Assembly: GCA_002340265.1 (NCBI GenBank)
Contig: DDLT01000235.1
Span: 1-47,796 of the forward strand
Source of the DNA: Lentisphaeria bacterium UBA2565
GTDB lineage: Bacteria; Verrucomicrobiota; Lentisphaeria; UBA2565
DNA length: 47,796 nt
Reading direction: 5' to 3'
The position numbers were made by a program, and so were the translations under genes. Below are positions 33,603-43,024 of the stretch, piece after piece; within the stretch, counting starts at the first letter, position 1; the number at the start of each line of letters is the position of its first letter. A model generated the notes under the pieces. The model saw only the letters and a list, made by a program, of their open reading frames with translations, made no database searches and was not told the origin of the DNA.

Positions 33603-34214
33603 ATGATTTCACTTCTTACTGGAAAAGTTGTAGAACTTGAATTTCCACGTGCTGTAATCGATGTAAATGGCGTCGGTTACGAAGTTTTTATTCCTATGAG
33701 TACTTACGACTCTTTACCTCACAACGGACAGGTGTCATTGAAAATCCTTACCGTGGTTCGTGAAGATGCCATTACACTTTACGGTTTTGCAACAAAAGAG
33801 GAAAAAAGCCTTTTTCTTCTACTCAACACTGTATCTGGAATCGGCCCGAAACTTTCGCTAAATATTTTGAGTGCTTTGCCAGTTTCACACATTTGCACGT
33901 TGATTGCCGAAAGTAATATCGTTGCACTTTCAAAAATTAATGGGCTTGGAAAGAAAACTGCTGAACGACTAAGTGTAGAACTTCGTGAAAAAGTGGGGAA
34001 TATTTACATTTCAGGTGAAGAACCTGTTGCTTCATTAAACCTTGAAAGCAAGTTAAGTAAAGACGCAGAAGATGCTATTTCGGCGCTTTCAACACTTGGT
34101 TACAAAGACACCGTGGCAAGAAAAGCGGTAGTTAAAGTAATGACGAAAATGGATGAAAGTGAGCAAGTTGTTGAAAACCTGATTCGTAAATCGTTACAAC
34201 TTCTTAACTCGTAA
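33603..34214 (+). CDS. ruvA: Holliday junction branch migration complex subunit RuvA
   Basis: MISLLTGKV...VIDVNGVGYEV, HhH motifs VSGIGPKLSL and INGLGKKTAERL. 203 aa. Confidence 0.93.
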   Translation: MISLLTGKVVELEFPRAVIDVNGVGYEVFIPMSTYDSLPHNGQVSLKILTVVREDAITLYGFATKEEKSLFLLLNTVSGIGPKLSLNILSALPVSHICTLIAESNIVALSKINGLGKKTAERLSVELREKVGNIYISGEEPVASLNLESKLSKDAEDAISALSTLGYKDTVARKAVVKVMTKMDESEQVVENLIRKSLQLLNS

Positions 34215-34328
34215 AAGTTTCAGGTTAGCAAGTTTAAGGCTTTATGTTGGCAGGTTTCAGGTTGACATTTGCATGTTGTAGGATGCGAACCTGTGTGTTC
34301 GCCCTGAGAAAGTTGCAGATTGACTCCT

Positions 34329-35045
34329 TTATCTTTTTACGCGCTTTTGGGTCATACAAAAGGCACCGACGATAAAAACTAATAGGTTTATATAAAAGAG
34401 CAGTGGGTTGCGAAACCAGTTGCTCTTTTTCATTTTTGGGTAAACAAACTTCGTTCCGCTTACTCTCTCAATGAATTCTATGTCTGCGCTATACTTTTCC
34501 AGCGGTAGATGATTTGCTTTGTTTGGTAGAATAAAAGCGATAGATCCTTTTTTCTCACAGCTTAAGATTTTGTAGAATGCAGTTGGAATAGGAACTTTTG
34601 AATTTGCCAATTTAACTTCGTAGTCGAAAAGTGTTCCAGTGACGATTTTCAATTCAGTTTCATTCCAACCACGAATTTTTTCCTCTAAACTGAGCCAACT
34701 GCCTCTGTTAAACTCCGGTTTCTGCGGCGTAATATTAGTCATCAGAAATGTAGATTGAAGTGCTTCCTTAGAAAAGTTTAAATCGCCTGCTGGAACTAAA
34801 TGTCCTCTATCAAAACCACTTTTTGCATAGTCTTTTGACTCGTAAGAGTTAACCCGTTCGTCTGTAAGATATTTATTTCCTTTTCTTGAAAACTCTTTTT
34901 CTGAACTTATCAGACTGTGCTTTGTCCAAACTGTCGTTCTTAACTCATTATCCCAACCGACAGAATAGTAATCATTTTCGAGAACTGTCGGCTCTGCAAA
35001 AACGATTGATGTGATAACTGAAATAAATGTGAAAAGTTTAAGCAT
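34329..35045 (-). CDS. DNA/RNA non-specific endonuclease (NUC1/EndoG beta-beta-alpha-Me family), signal peptide plus C-terminal TM anchor
   Basis: FDRGHLVPAGD active-site motif followed by NITPQ and FNRG. N-terminal MLKLFTFISVITSIVFA. C-terminal LLFYINLLVFIVGAFCM followed by basic residues. Confidence 0.85.
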   Translation of the reverse strand: MLKLFTFISVITSIVFAEPTVLENDYYSVGWDNELRTTVWTKHSLISSEKEFSRKGNKYLTDERVNSYESKDYAKSGFDRGHLVPAGDLNFSKEALQSTFLMTNITPQKPEFNRGSWLSLEEKIRGWNETELKIVTGTLFDYEVKLANSKVPIPTAFYKILSCEKKGSIAFILPNKANHLPLEKYSADIEFIERVSGTKFVYPKMKKSNWFRNPLLFYINLLVFIVGAFCMTQKRVKR

Positions 35046-35093
35046 AATCTTTCTCCGTGCATTGAAGAAAGATAGCGTCTATAAAATCTTATA

Positions 35094-35124
35094 CAATAAA
35101 AAAGGTCGCCGTGGGTGGCGACCT
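35094..35124 (-). terminator. rho-independent terminator of the sulfatase 35134-36552
   Basis: aggtcgcc-gtgggt-ggcgacct forms a perfect 8-bp stem. The minus strand continues ttttttatt. Confidence 0.8.
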
Positions 35125-35133
35125 TGTGAACTT

Positions 35134-36552
35134 TTATTTGTTTTTAAAGCTTTTAAGTTTCTCTTTCAGTTTCTTTCTGAAATTAACAAGCTTCTCTTTT
35201 TGCTCCGGCTTCCGGGCAAGATTTGTGAACTGTAATGGATCATTGATCATATCGTACAACTCTTCTTCGCCATCCGGGTATTGCATGTAAGCCCAGTTTT
35301 TAGTTCTCAGCGCATTGTTGCCTCCATTCCAGCTGTAGGCTGCATCACGAACTTTTTTATTGATATTTTTCGTTAGAAGAGGTGCTAGACTTTTACCATG
35401 GACAGCCGCCGGTTTCGGCAAGCCTGCCAGATCCGAAAGGGTAGGGTAAAGATCTACAAGTTCTACAATCGATTCACTTTCTCCCTTCAGACCACCCGGA
35501 ACTGAAATAATCAAAGGAACTCGACTGACTTCTTCGTGAAGAGCATACTTTTCCCAAAGGCCATGCTCTCCAAGGTGATAACCGTGGTCACTAAGGAATA
35601 CAATCGCGGTTTCGTCACGGATTCCAAGTTCATCCAACTCTTTCATCACACGACCCAGCTGGTCATCCATAAAAGTAACAGACGCGTAGTAAGCACGCCA
35701 CATACGTTTCTGATTATCAATGTACTTATCGATTCCAGATTTTGTACCTAGAGTACCTGCACGCCCTTTCACTGGAATGTCATCCAAATCGTTTTCGACA
35801 GTTTTAGGAAGTTTGATTTTATCTAGCGGATACATATCGAAATATTTCTTCGGTGCAACCATAGGGTAGTGAGGACGTACAAATCCTAAACCGATAAAGA
35901 AAGGTTTGTCTTGGCTTTTACGCATCATTTCAATGGCTTTGTCGGCAGCTTTGTAATCCGGCTGGTCAGATCCGTCACCTTCAGATTCCACAGATACAAA
36001 CATTCTCCATCTTGTCCCAGTAGACTGACGGTTTTCCATATCATCGGCGTCTTTGAAATCATTCTTGTTCAAAAGAGCGTATTTACCGGGTGTATGAGCT
36101 TCAAGACCTTTAGCGTTGTACTTCTCAACCCATGATGCAGGATGATCATGTCCATCGGTTCCAGCGACTGTATCCCCTGGAACACGCATGTGGTAAACTT
36201 TACCGGAACGTGCGGTGTAGTAACCGTTATTTTTAAAGTGCTCAGCGACACTTACATGATCTTTCAGGTTCGCTTTATAACGTCCCATCATGAAAGATGC
36301 ACGGGATGGCGCACACCAAACTGCATTACAGTATGCACGTGTAAAAACTACACCGTCTTTGGCCAATGCATCGATATTAGGAGTTTGGACCAAATCCTCG
36401 CCGTAGCAGCTGAGTGTAGTTTTCAGGTCGTCTGCCACAATAAAAAGAACATTTTTAACTTTGGTTTGTTCTTCAGCAAAACTGTAGCTTGATACGGCTG
36501 TCATTGCCGCAAGTGAAATCATAGACAAATTCGTTTTCATAAAACTCTCCAC
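35134..36552 (-). CDS. secreted Cys-type sulfatase (iduronate-2-sulfatase-like)
   Basis: NVLFIVADDL and CAPSRASFMMGR (CxPxR formylglycine motif), plus a signal peptide. 472 aa. Confidence 0.92.
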   Translation of the reverse strand: MESFMKTNLSMISLAAMTAVSSYSFAEEQTKVKNVLFIVADDLKTTLSCYGEDLVQTPNIDALAKDGVVFTRAYCNAVWCAPSRASFMMGRYKANLKDHVSVAEHFKNNGYYTARSGKVYHMRVPGDTVAGTDGHDHPASWVEKYNAKGLEAHTPGKYALLNKNDFKDADDMENRQSTGTRWRMFVSVESEGDGSDQPDYKAADKAIEMMRKSQDKPFFIGLGFVRPHYPMVAPKKYFDMYPLDKIKLPKTVENDLDDIPVKGRAGTLGTKSGIDKYIDNQKRMWRAYYASVTFMDDQLGRVMKELDELGIRDETAIVFLSDHGYHLGEHGLWEKYALHEEVSRVPLIISVPGGLKGESESIVELVDLYPTLSDLAGLPKPAAVHGKSLAPLLTKNINKKVRDAAYSWNGGNNALRTKNWAYMQYPDGEEELYDMINDPLQFTNLARKPEQKEKLVNFRKKLKEKLKSFKNK

Positions 36553-36652
36553 ACATTATTTTTTCTGATGCAGATAATTTATGTGCGTACGTTAGATTTT
36601 GTATAGCAGTAAATTTGTTAAAAGTTAGGAAAAACGCTTATGTCCTTCCTGT

Positions 36653-36688
36653 AAAACAAAAAAGGCGCGAAGTCAAAAACTCCACGCC
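36653..36688 (-). terminator. intrinsic terminator after the GspK-like gene
   Basis: Minus strand reads ggcgtggag-tttttga-cttcgcgcc, followed by ttttttgtttt. Confidence 0.6.
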
Positions 36689-36710
36689 TGAATTTAAGTA
36701 TTAGTTATCT

Positions 36711-39641
36711 CTAGTAACTTTCTAGTACGGTATTTTCAAGAATTTCAAAACGACCCGTATCTTTAGGACGTTTCATAATTGTCATAATTTTTTGTTGACC
36801 CATAATTTTAAACCATGAATCATTTCTGATATCTGATTCTCCAAGAAGTTCAAGTTTTACATACCCATTAAGGCGAGGGTCATCATCATCACCTTGTGCA
36901 ATATCATCAAGAATCTGAGATTGTACAGACGACATATATGTCAATTTTTGATAAGTCGATACATAGCGATACAGGTTGAAGTTAATTTTGACCTGATCAG
37001 CAAGTTTACCTATCAACTCTTCAGCATAGAAATCTGCCTTCTCCTTGTCATAGCCACCTTTATAGTTTAGCTTATTTTTACCAGGGTTATCGTACATCAC
37101 GCACCAAATACCTTCTTTATCCCCTATTTGTGAGGCGAGGTGGTCTTTGACGTAACCAGCCTTCTTAGGTTTTATTCCCTCATCACCACCTTTTTTTATT
37201 GCCGTGAGCAATGCGTTTTTATCAGTGCCAGTAAGCGAAGAAGGCACAGGATAGACCTTGGAACTTACGCCGGTAAAAGTGGAGTTCATTGTTGCTTGGT
37301 TATTTTCAAATATATGTTTAAAAATAAAATCCCAATATTTCTTATTTGGATTAAAAATATTTATGCATGGGTAAGTTTCAATCTGCTCTGTTAGCTTTAT
37401 TTGATTCAGCAGTGCTGCATCTCCCATTGCGTATTTGCCAGTATATTCATAGCTTGGGTTCTCCCATGCCATATTATTATTTAATTGGGAACCCCCCGCT
37501 ATTTTCCCATATTGCCCCGCTACTTTTCCCCCTTGCTTTTCCCCCTGACCTACTTTACAGGATGACTTAAGGTTGATTGTTCGCCATGGCTCTCCACGAT
37601 GAATACAACCTAGCTCCCATAGGGTTGTAATTTGGGCATTTCGAATAAATCCTGTAGAAGGTTTGAATGGGTTTGACTCATTATCAATTAAGTTCTCTGA
37701 GTCTGGGTAAAAATCGTTAGAGATGGTAATCTCGGAAAATGACTCGCCGTCACCCTGTACCCAGTTACTGTCGTGGGTTTTAGCGTAAAGGTTTCGATGC
37801 TGGACCTCTCCTGCAAAGTTTAGATAGTTATTACAGCGTGGATCTCTAAATTCAACGAGAAAACTATGTGGGGCACCTTCTCTCAGGTTCTTGAGCTCTC
37901 CCTTGCCAAAGCCCTTTAATAAGGTCACATCAGACAACGCTCCACTTGTTTGCACTTCCACCACAAGCTTATCGAATTTAAGGATGTCTAAGTTTTTAAA
38001 CTCTGTATCAATCAACTCAGTTGATTTTACCTCCACTATCTGGGTCGAATTTTGGCTGCATGAGGTCAATTCTGTCGAGCTGGTAATGACCGTTTCTGCA
38101 TCTTGTAATATGGCTTTGAAAGATACATCGGCACTGAGTTCTTTATTGTAGATGTTGGCTAGTTGAACTTTTGCCTTAACTTCCTTAATCTTGAAAAGGG
38201 TCTTACTTTGGGTACCATCAGCATCTATGCTTGGAGTAAATTTTACGGTGATATTTACTCCAGCAATATACGGAGTCTCTTCCAAACCACAGTATTCAAT
38301 TTTATCAGTTGTCTCAATATCAGTGTAATCTGTTAGTGCCCTAGAGTCAGAATCACTATAATCTATGAGATTCGCTGCGACTTGCTTTTGTAACTGCTTA
38401 CTATATTGGGCATTTTTATTATCAAGTGAACCTGATATATGCGCTAACCAAGGTATGAAGTCAACATTTTTGTTGATATAAATGTTGTTTTTATTATTAT
38501 TTTTTTCACGATCAATGACCTGTTCAAGAACAGCTGCTGCCTGCTGTCCATCACCTTTACGGAATTTTGAAGTATCAAAAAAATCATATTGCTGTTGGTA
38601 GGTTTCAGGAGCTTGTATCAGTGTTTCAACATTCTTTTCTTTTGTTAAGTTACCGACAAAGTAGCGGTGTATAAAGCGTCTTTCGGTCCAATCATTATTT
38701 AAGTTTTTAGGGATGTAGTGCATAAACTCTCCCGTGGGGAAAGAGTAAGGGGTAAATAAGTTATATGCATCTCTGGCATTTCGTTCTTCTGCTGGTTTTG
38801 GATATTTATGGTCTTTGGCAAATAACCCTTCGTTCCAGATATGACGCCATGATTCCCAAAAACGTGGTTCCCCATTTAGTTCGGGTAAATCTGATAACCC
38901 TTTACTGAGAGCTCCTTTGTCCAGATTTAATTTGTCAAACATGGTCTCTATATCGTAGAAATTTGAGTGCAATAGATCATGATCTCTATTATAAAGGATT
39001 CCGTTTAAGTCGAACTTGATTGATTCATCTACCATAAAATACATATATCGTCCAGTGATAAATGTATTCTGCGATGCAATATTCCCGGCAATTCTATCAC
39101 GCCCTGTTTGAACTTCATCTTGCAGTGCTATTTTTGAATTGTCCAGGTCAGTGTCGGAGTTTCTACCGAAATCATTCCACCATGCAAGGTTGTTTTTTCC
39201 ATTTGCGCTTAGAGAGGTAGAATATATGTCATCAACTTCAGGAGTTGCTGTAAATCCCAGATTGAAAGCAATTGCTTGTCCATCTTTTTTGTCTTCGAAT
39301 TTACTTATTCCACCTCTACTCCAGTCTGGGTTTCCGTCATGGATTATTTTATCAGATGTATAGTCATAAGCTAAAGGCCAGTCTTCAGTATTTTTACCTG
39401 CGGATTTAAGCTGTTGTATTTTGGATGCTTTTTCACCCCCTGCCTGAAGGGGGAACAGGGTTAGGACATTGCTATCTGCTGAGAACCTTTTGGTTGCTGC
39501 ATCATCGACATGAAAACTTGATACCATAAGGTCTATTCGGGCAGTAAAGATAAAACTTACCACTATTACTAAAAGCAGGCTTAACATCCCAAGGGAAATT
39601 AAAAGAGCAATCCCTTTTTCATTTTTACTATTGAATGTCAT
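36711..39641 (-). CDS. giant GspK-like minor pseudopilin
   Basis: 976 aa. The N-terminus NEKG-IALLISLGMLSLLLVIVV is a prepilin-like hydrophobic helix lacking Glu5, as in GspK. It overlaps the upstream pseudopilin gene by 14 nt. Confidence 0.6.
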   Translation of the reverse strand: MTFNSKNEKGIALLISLGMLSLLLVIVVSFIFTARIDLMVSSFHVDDAATKRFSADSNVLTLFPLQAGGEKASKIQQLKSAGKNTEDWPLAYDYTSDKIIHDGNPDWSRGGISKFEDKKDGQAIAFNLGFTATPEVDDIYSTSLSANGKNNLAWWNDFGRNSDTDLDNSKIALQDEVQTGRDRIAGNIASQNTFITGRYMYFMVDESIKFDLNGILYNRDHDLLHSNFYDIETMFDKLNLDKGALSKGLSDLPELNGEPRFWESWRHIWNEGLFAKDHKYPKPAEERNARDAYNLFTPYSFPTGEFMHYIPKNLNNDWTERRFIHRYFVGNLTKEKNVETLIQAPETYQQQYDFFDTSKFRKGDGQQAAAVLEQVIDREKNNNKNNIYINKNVDFIPWLAHISGSLDNKNAQYSKQLQKQVAANLIDYSDSDSRALTDYTDIETTDKIEYCGLEETPYIAGVNITVKFTPSIDADGTQSKTLFKIKEVKAKVQLANIYNKELSADVSFKAILQDAETVITSSTELTSCSQNSTQIVEVKSTELIDTEFKNLDILKFDKLVVEVQTSGALSDVTLLKGFGKGELKNLREGAPHSFLVEFRDPRCNNYLNFAGEVQHRNLYAKTHDSNWVQGDGESFSEITISNDFYPDSENLIDNESNPFKPSTGFIRNAQITTLWELGCIHRGEPWRTINLKSSCKVGQGEKQGGKVAGQYGKIAGGSQLNNNMAWENPSYEYTGKYAMGDAALLNQIKLTEQIETYPCINIFNPNKKYWDFIFKHIFENNQATMNSTFTGVSSKVYPVPSSLTGTDKNALLTAIKKGGDEGIKPKKAGYVKDHLASQIGDKEGIWCVMYDNPGKNKLNYKGGYDKEKADFYAEELIGKLADQVKINFNLYRYVSTYQKLTYMSSVQSQILDDIAQGDDDDPRLNGYVKLELLGESDIRNDSWFKIMGQQKIMTIMKRPKDTGRFEILENTVLESY

Positions 39642-40455
39642 AGTTTCTCGGTCCTTGTTTTATAAAAATTCTCTTGAAAAATGTTTTCTTTGTTTTAATC
39701 GGGTTACTCGCAGCCTCCGTTTGTGGGTCAAAGAGAGTGACTTCAACATCTACACTTGTGGGGAGGTTGTTATAGTTGCGCATGACGGCAATTATCGCCT
39801 CGTCCATTATCACTACTCTGCCTCCACACATTGGGTTGTCATTACCCCCCTTAGTCTTAGGAGTTCCTGCTGTTACATAGTTTTGGGTTGTAGGCGTGGG
39901 CATTCGAGCTGCACATTGTATATCCAATACACCTTTTGCTATTGGATAGAAATTTGAACCGCTATCTTTCCATTTACTTGAGCTTTGCCCTGCTAATTCA
40001 CCATAAAAATTCCACTTTGATGATCTGTTTGTGGTTACTGATCTTTTAAAAAATCTTACGGGTTCTCCACTAAGGTCTGTGACTTCTTCTCTATGTATTG
40101 TTTGTGAGTCTACTTTGTAGGTGATTTCAGCCAGTGTGGAACTGTTGTCTGCTGCATCATTCGCCAGCGTGGCAACCATTAAGGGAAAAGGCCCATTTCC
40201 CTTTGAATCATTTATCATGGCAAAAGGTATCTCTCTTTTGAACTCCTTTGATGCAACCGCATGTCGTAAGTCATTTTCTATAGTATCAAAAATCAGTTGT
40301 GCATTAGCCTGTACTCTTGATATTCCCTCTGTAATTTTTTTTACACTTTGAGCTTGGACGAAGAAGTTCATCAATATAACCATAATTATGGAGAAAATAG
40401 CAAGAGACGCAATAAGCTCAATCACCGTAAATTTTTTAGTAAACATAGTACTCAA
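39628..40455 (-). CDS. prepilin-type N-terminal domain protein (GspJ-like minor pseudopilin)
   Basis: MSTMFTKK-FTVIELIASLAIFSIIMVIL has F+1 and E+5 with a hydrophobic helix. 275 aa. Confidence 0.75.
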   Translation of the reverse strand: MSTMFTKKFTVIELIASLAIFSIIMVILMNFFVQAQSVKKITEGISRVQANAQLIFDTIENDLRHAVASKEFKREIPFAMINDSKGNGPFPLMVATLANDAADNSSTLAEITYKVDSQTIHREEVTDLSGEPVRFFKRSVTTNRSSKWNFYGELAGQSSSKWKDSGSNFYPIAKGVLDIQCAARMPTPTTQNYVTAGTPKTKGGNDNPMCGGRVVIMDEAIIAVMRNYNNLPTSVDVEVTLFDPQTEAASNPIKTKKTFFKRIFIKQGPRNYDIQ

Positions 40456-41230
40456 ACTCCCTACTATTTCTTTTTTCTATAGCCGCTTCGGCAGGCCACT
40501 CAATTCGAATTACTAGTCCGCATGAGTCTTTGTCTGTTATAGAGAGCTGCGTCCCTGAATAAGACCTCATGCCTATTTTAGGTGAAACTACAACAGTTGC
40601 GATGCAGTCAAATTCGACAATATTTTCGTTATCAACTTCAGTTGTCCACTTCATGTAGTGGCACTTGGACCATGTGTCTTTCTCTACGTCCATATTGCTA
40701 TTGACGGCATTTTGAGCTCCAGTTGGGTTGGCATGCCCACTTTTTCTTAGCTCAAAGTTGCTAGGGAAATTTCTATCTTGTTTTGGGTTGGGAATAAGTA
40801 GCTCCCCATTTTCAAAATCATATTCTTCAAATTCCTGAGGCTCAGGTAGCCCCATTTCCCAAACTGTTTTTGTTTTAGTTCCTGCTATTTGACGCATATT
40901 CATTTCAGTTGCAGTGATGTAGCCTGTTTCAAAACCAAAAGAACGCATTTTACTGGCATAGTTAGCTTCTTTAGCTACATAAATAGAAAGGTCGAATCGT
41001 TCGCATTCTGCTTTGGTGTAATTGGCCATGGTTTCTGCGGCTAGACTGACGTAGAAGTTGTCCTGCGCTTTTCGGTGGGTTTTTAGCCCGATGGATAGGA
41101 GAGAAATTACTGAGAGAAAGCCGATTGATATCACGGCCATCGCTAAGAGTATCTCTATCATGTTGAAGTTTCGTCTGTTCATTTTTGTCCCCGTTATAGA
41201 TGTTGTCACAACTTGTTCTGTTGTGTTCAA
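40436..41230 (-). CDS. prepilin-type N-terminal domain protein (GspH/I-like minor pseudopilin)
   Basis: RRN-FNMIEILLAMAVISIGFLSVISLL has F+1 and E+5. The more likely start is Met17 (41182), which gives a short basic leader MNRRN. Confidence 0.75.
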   Translation of the reverse strand: MNTTEQVVTTSITGTKMNRRNFNMIEILLAMAVISIGFLSVISLLSIGLKTHRKAQDNFYVSLAAETMANYTKAECERFDLSIYVAKEANYASKMRSFGFETGYITATEMNMRQIAGTKTKTVWEMGLPEPQEFEEYDFENGELLIPNPKQDRNFPSNFELRKSGHANPTGAQNAVNSNMDVEKDTWSKCHYMKWTTEVDNENIVEFDCIATVVVSPKIGMRSYSGTQLSITDKDSCGLVIRIEWPAEAAIEKRNSREFEYYVY

Positions 41231-41496
41231 AACTTTGCCCTAAGTCTTGAATCATCTCTTTAAAAATTAAAACGACTTCTTCAAATAAACTTATCGCATT
41301 TGTAAACCGGAGTTTAAAAATGTGATGTAATTTATGATTGAAGATTATTATTTTTGCCCGAAAATGTATGTTCTTGTTCGGGGGCTGTCAATGACAAATG
41401 AGCAACAAATGCTAGGAGTTATTTCATTACAGGGATTTTGTAATGAAACTGTAAGAATTGTGCAACTCTTTTGAAAACAAATTGCATTGGTTAAAC

Positions 41497-41522
41497 ACAA
41501 AAAAGGGAACCTTTCGGCTCCC
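41497..41522 (-). terminator. intrinsic terminator of the sulfatase 41531-43024
   Basis: Minus strand reads gggagcc-gaaa-ggttccc, followed by ttttttgtgttt. Confidence 0.7.
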
Positions 41523-41530
41523 TTTAAAAC

Positions 41531-43024
41531 TTAATGTTTTTTAGATTTTTTCTTCTTCGGTTTCTTTTCGCGCTTTGGTGGTAGACGGTGAATGATTCCG
41601 GTTTCGCGAACATGTTGCAGTTTGTCTTTCAGTTGTGACTGAAACTGCTCGATTACGGCTTTGTATTCAGGCTTTGCCGCAAGGTTGGTATACTGCTTTG
41701 GATCTTTTTTCATATCGTAAAGCTGCATGCCCAGTGACGCGTCTTCACCATGTTGAATAAATGACCACTTTTCTGTGCGTAACAAGAAACCTTTGTTGTT
41801 TACACAGAACGCGGCATCACGAACTTTCTTCGATGGATCGTTTAACAATTTGGTGATGTTTTTACCTTGAACATGTTTCGGCACTTCAAGACCGCAAAGT
41901 GAGGCGACTGTCGGATAAAGGTCTACGAGTTCGACAAATGAGTTACAACGCCCCGGCTTTTGACCTGGTACTTTGATAATCAGCGGCACTTGCGATGATT
42001 CATCCATCAAACCGACCTTTGACCAGAAGTCATGCTCGCCAAGATGATAACCATGATCACTTGTAAAGATGACAATAGTGTTATCTTCCAAACCCTCTTT
42101 TTTCAACACGTCAAGCACTTTTCCAACTTGAGTATCCATATAAGTCACAGAAGCGTAGTAGCCGGAAACTACTTTTTTCTGTTGCTCAATACTCATTTTG
42201 GTTCCTTGAGAAGTCTTGTAATTGATTCCGGGTTTTGGAATATCAGCCTGATCATTTTCAACTTTCTCCGGTAGAACCATCGATTTGAATGGGAACTGTT
42301 CGAAATATTTTTTAGGTGCTACAAATGGCACATGCGGACGAACAAATCCGACAGCAAGAAAGAACTTTTCATCTTTCAGCTCTTTCAACAGTTCGCATGC
42401 TTTTTTTGCAGTTTTTCCGTCAGAATGGAAAAGGTCACCACCATCGGCTTTCACATTGATGAATGCAGTTCCTCCACCCATTCCCTTGTGCACTTTAGTA
42501 CCATCTGGATTACCCGAAAGTAGTTCGGCCTCTCCGGCACAGTCTGCTTCAGGTCCTTTGCTGTTGAACTTCTGAGTCCAAGATGCCGGATCGTCGGCCC
42601 CGTCAGTACCTTTATAAATATCTCCGGGAACACCCATGTGGTAAATTTTGCTTACACGTGTCGCATTATAGCCGTTATTTTTGAAGTGCTGACTCCATGT
42701 CGGCGTGTCAGGTCCGACATTCTTACGACCGCTGTTATATCCGAAGTTACGAGTGGCGTGCGGGTAATAACTGTACATGAAAGATGCACGTGAAGGACCG
42801 CAGACCGGAAACTGGCAGTAAGCCTGAGTGAAAACTGTACCTTCTTCGGCAATTCTTTCTACATTCGGTGTTGGACAGGCCTTGTTATCGTAAGTAGAAA
42901 TTGCTGTCGCTGTCAGGTCATCGGCGATAATAAAAAGGACATTGTAATCTTTTTGTTGAATTTTGTCAGCCGCAAAAAGTCCTGCGCCTGACATTAAAAT
43001 TGAAGATGCTACAAATTTGTTCAT
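41531..43024 (-). CDS. secreted Cys-type sulfatase (paralog of 35134-36552) with poly-Lys tail
   Basis: NVLFIIADDL and CGPSRASFMYS motifs, with C-terminal PPKREKKPKKKKSKKH. The start overlaps the upstream stop (TAATG). Confidence 0.92.
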   Translation of the reverse strand: MNKFVASSILMSGAGLFAADKIQQKDYNVLFIIADDLTATAISTYDNKACPTPNVERIAEEGTVFTQAYCQFPVCGPSRASFMYSYYPHATRNFGYNSGRKNVGPDTPTWSQHFKNNGYNATRVSKIYHMGVPGDIYKGTDGADDPASWTQKFNSKGPEADCAGEAELLSGNPDGTKVHKGMGGGTAFINVKADGGDLFHSDGKTAKKACELLKELKDEKFFLAVGFVRPHVPFVAPKKYFEQFPFKSMVLPEKVENDQADIPKPGINYKTSQGTKMSIEQQKKVVSGYYASVTYMDTQVGKVLDVLKKEGLEDNTIVIFTSDHGYHLGEHDFWSKVGLMDESSQVPLIIKVPGQKPGRCNSFVELVDLYPTVASLCGLEVPKHVQGKNITKLLNDPSKKVRDAAFCVNNKGFLLRTEKWSFIQHGEDASLGMQLYDMKKDPKQYTNLAAKPEYKAVIEQFQSQLKDKLQHVRETGIIHRLPPKREKKPKKKKSKKH

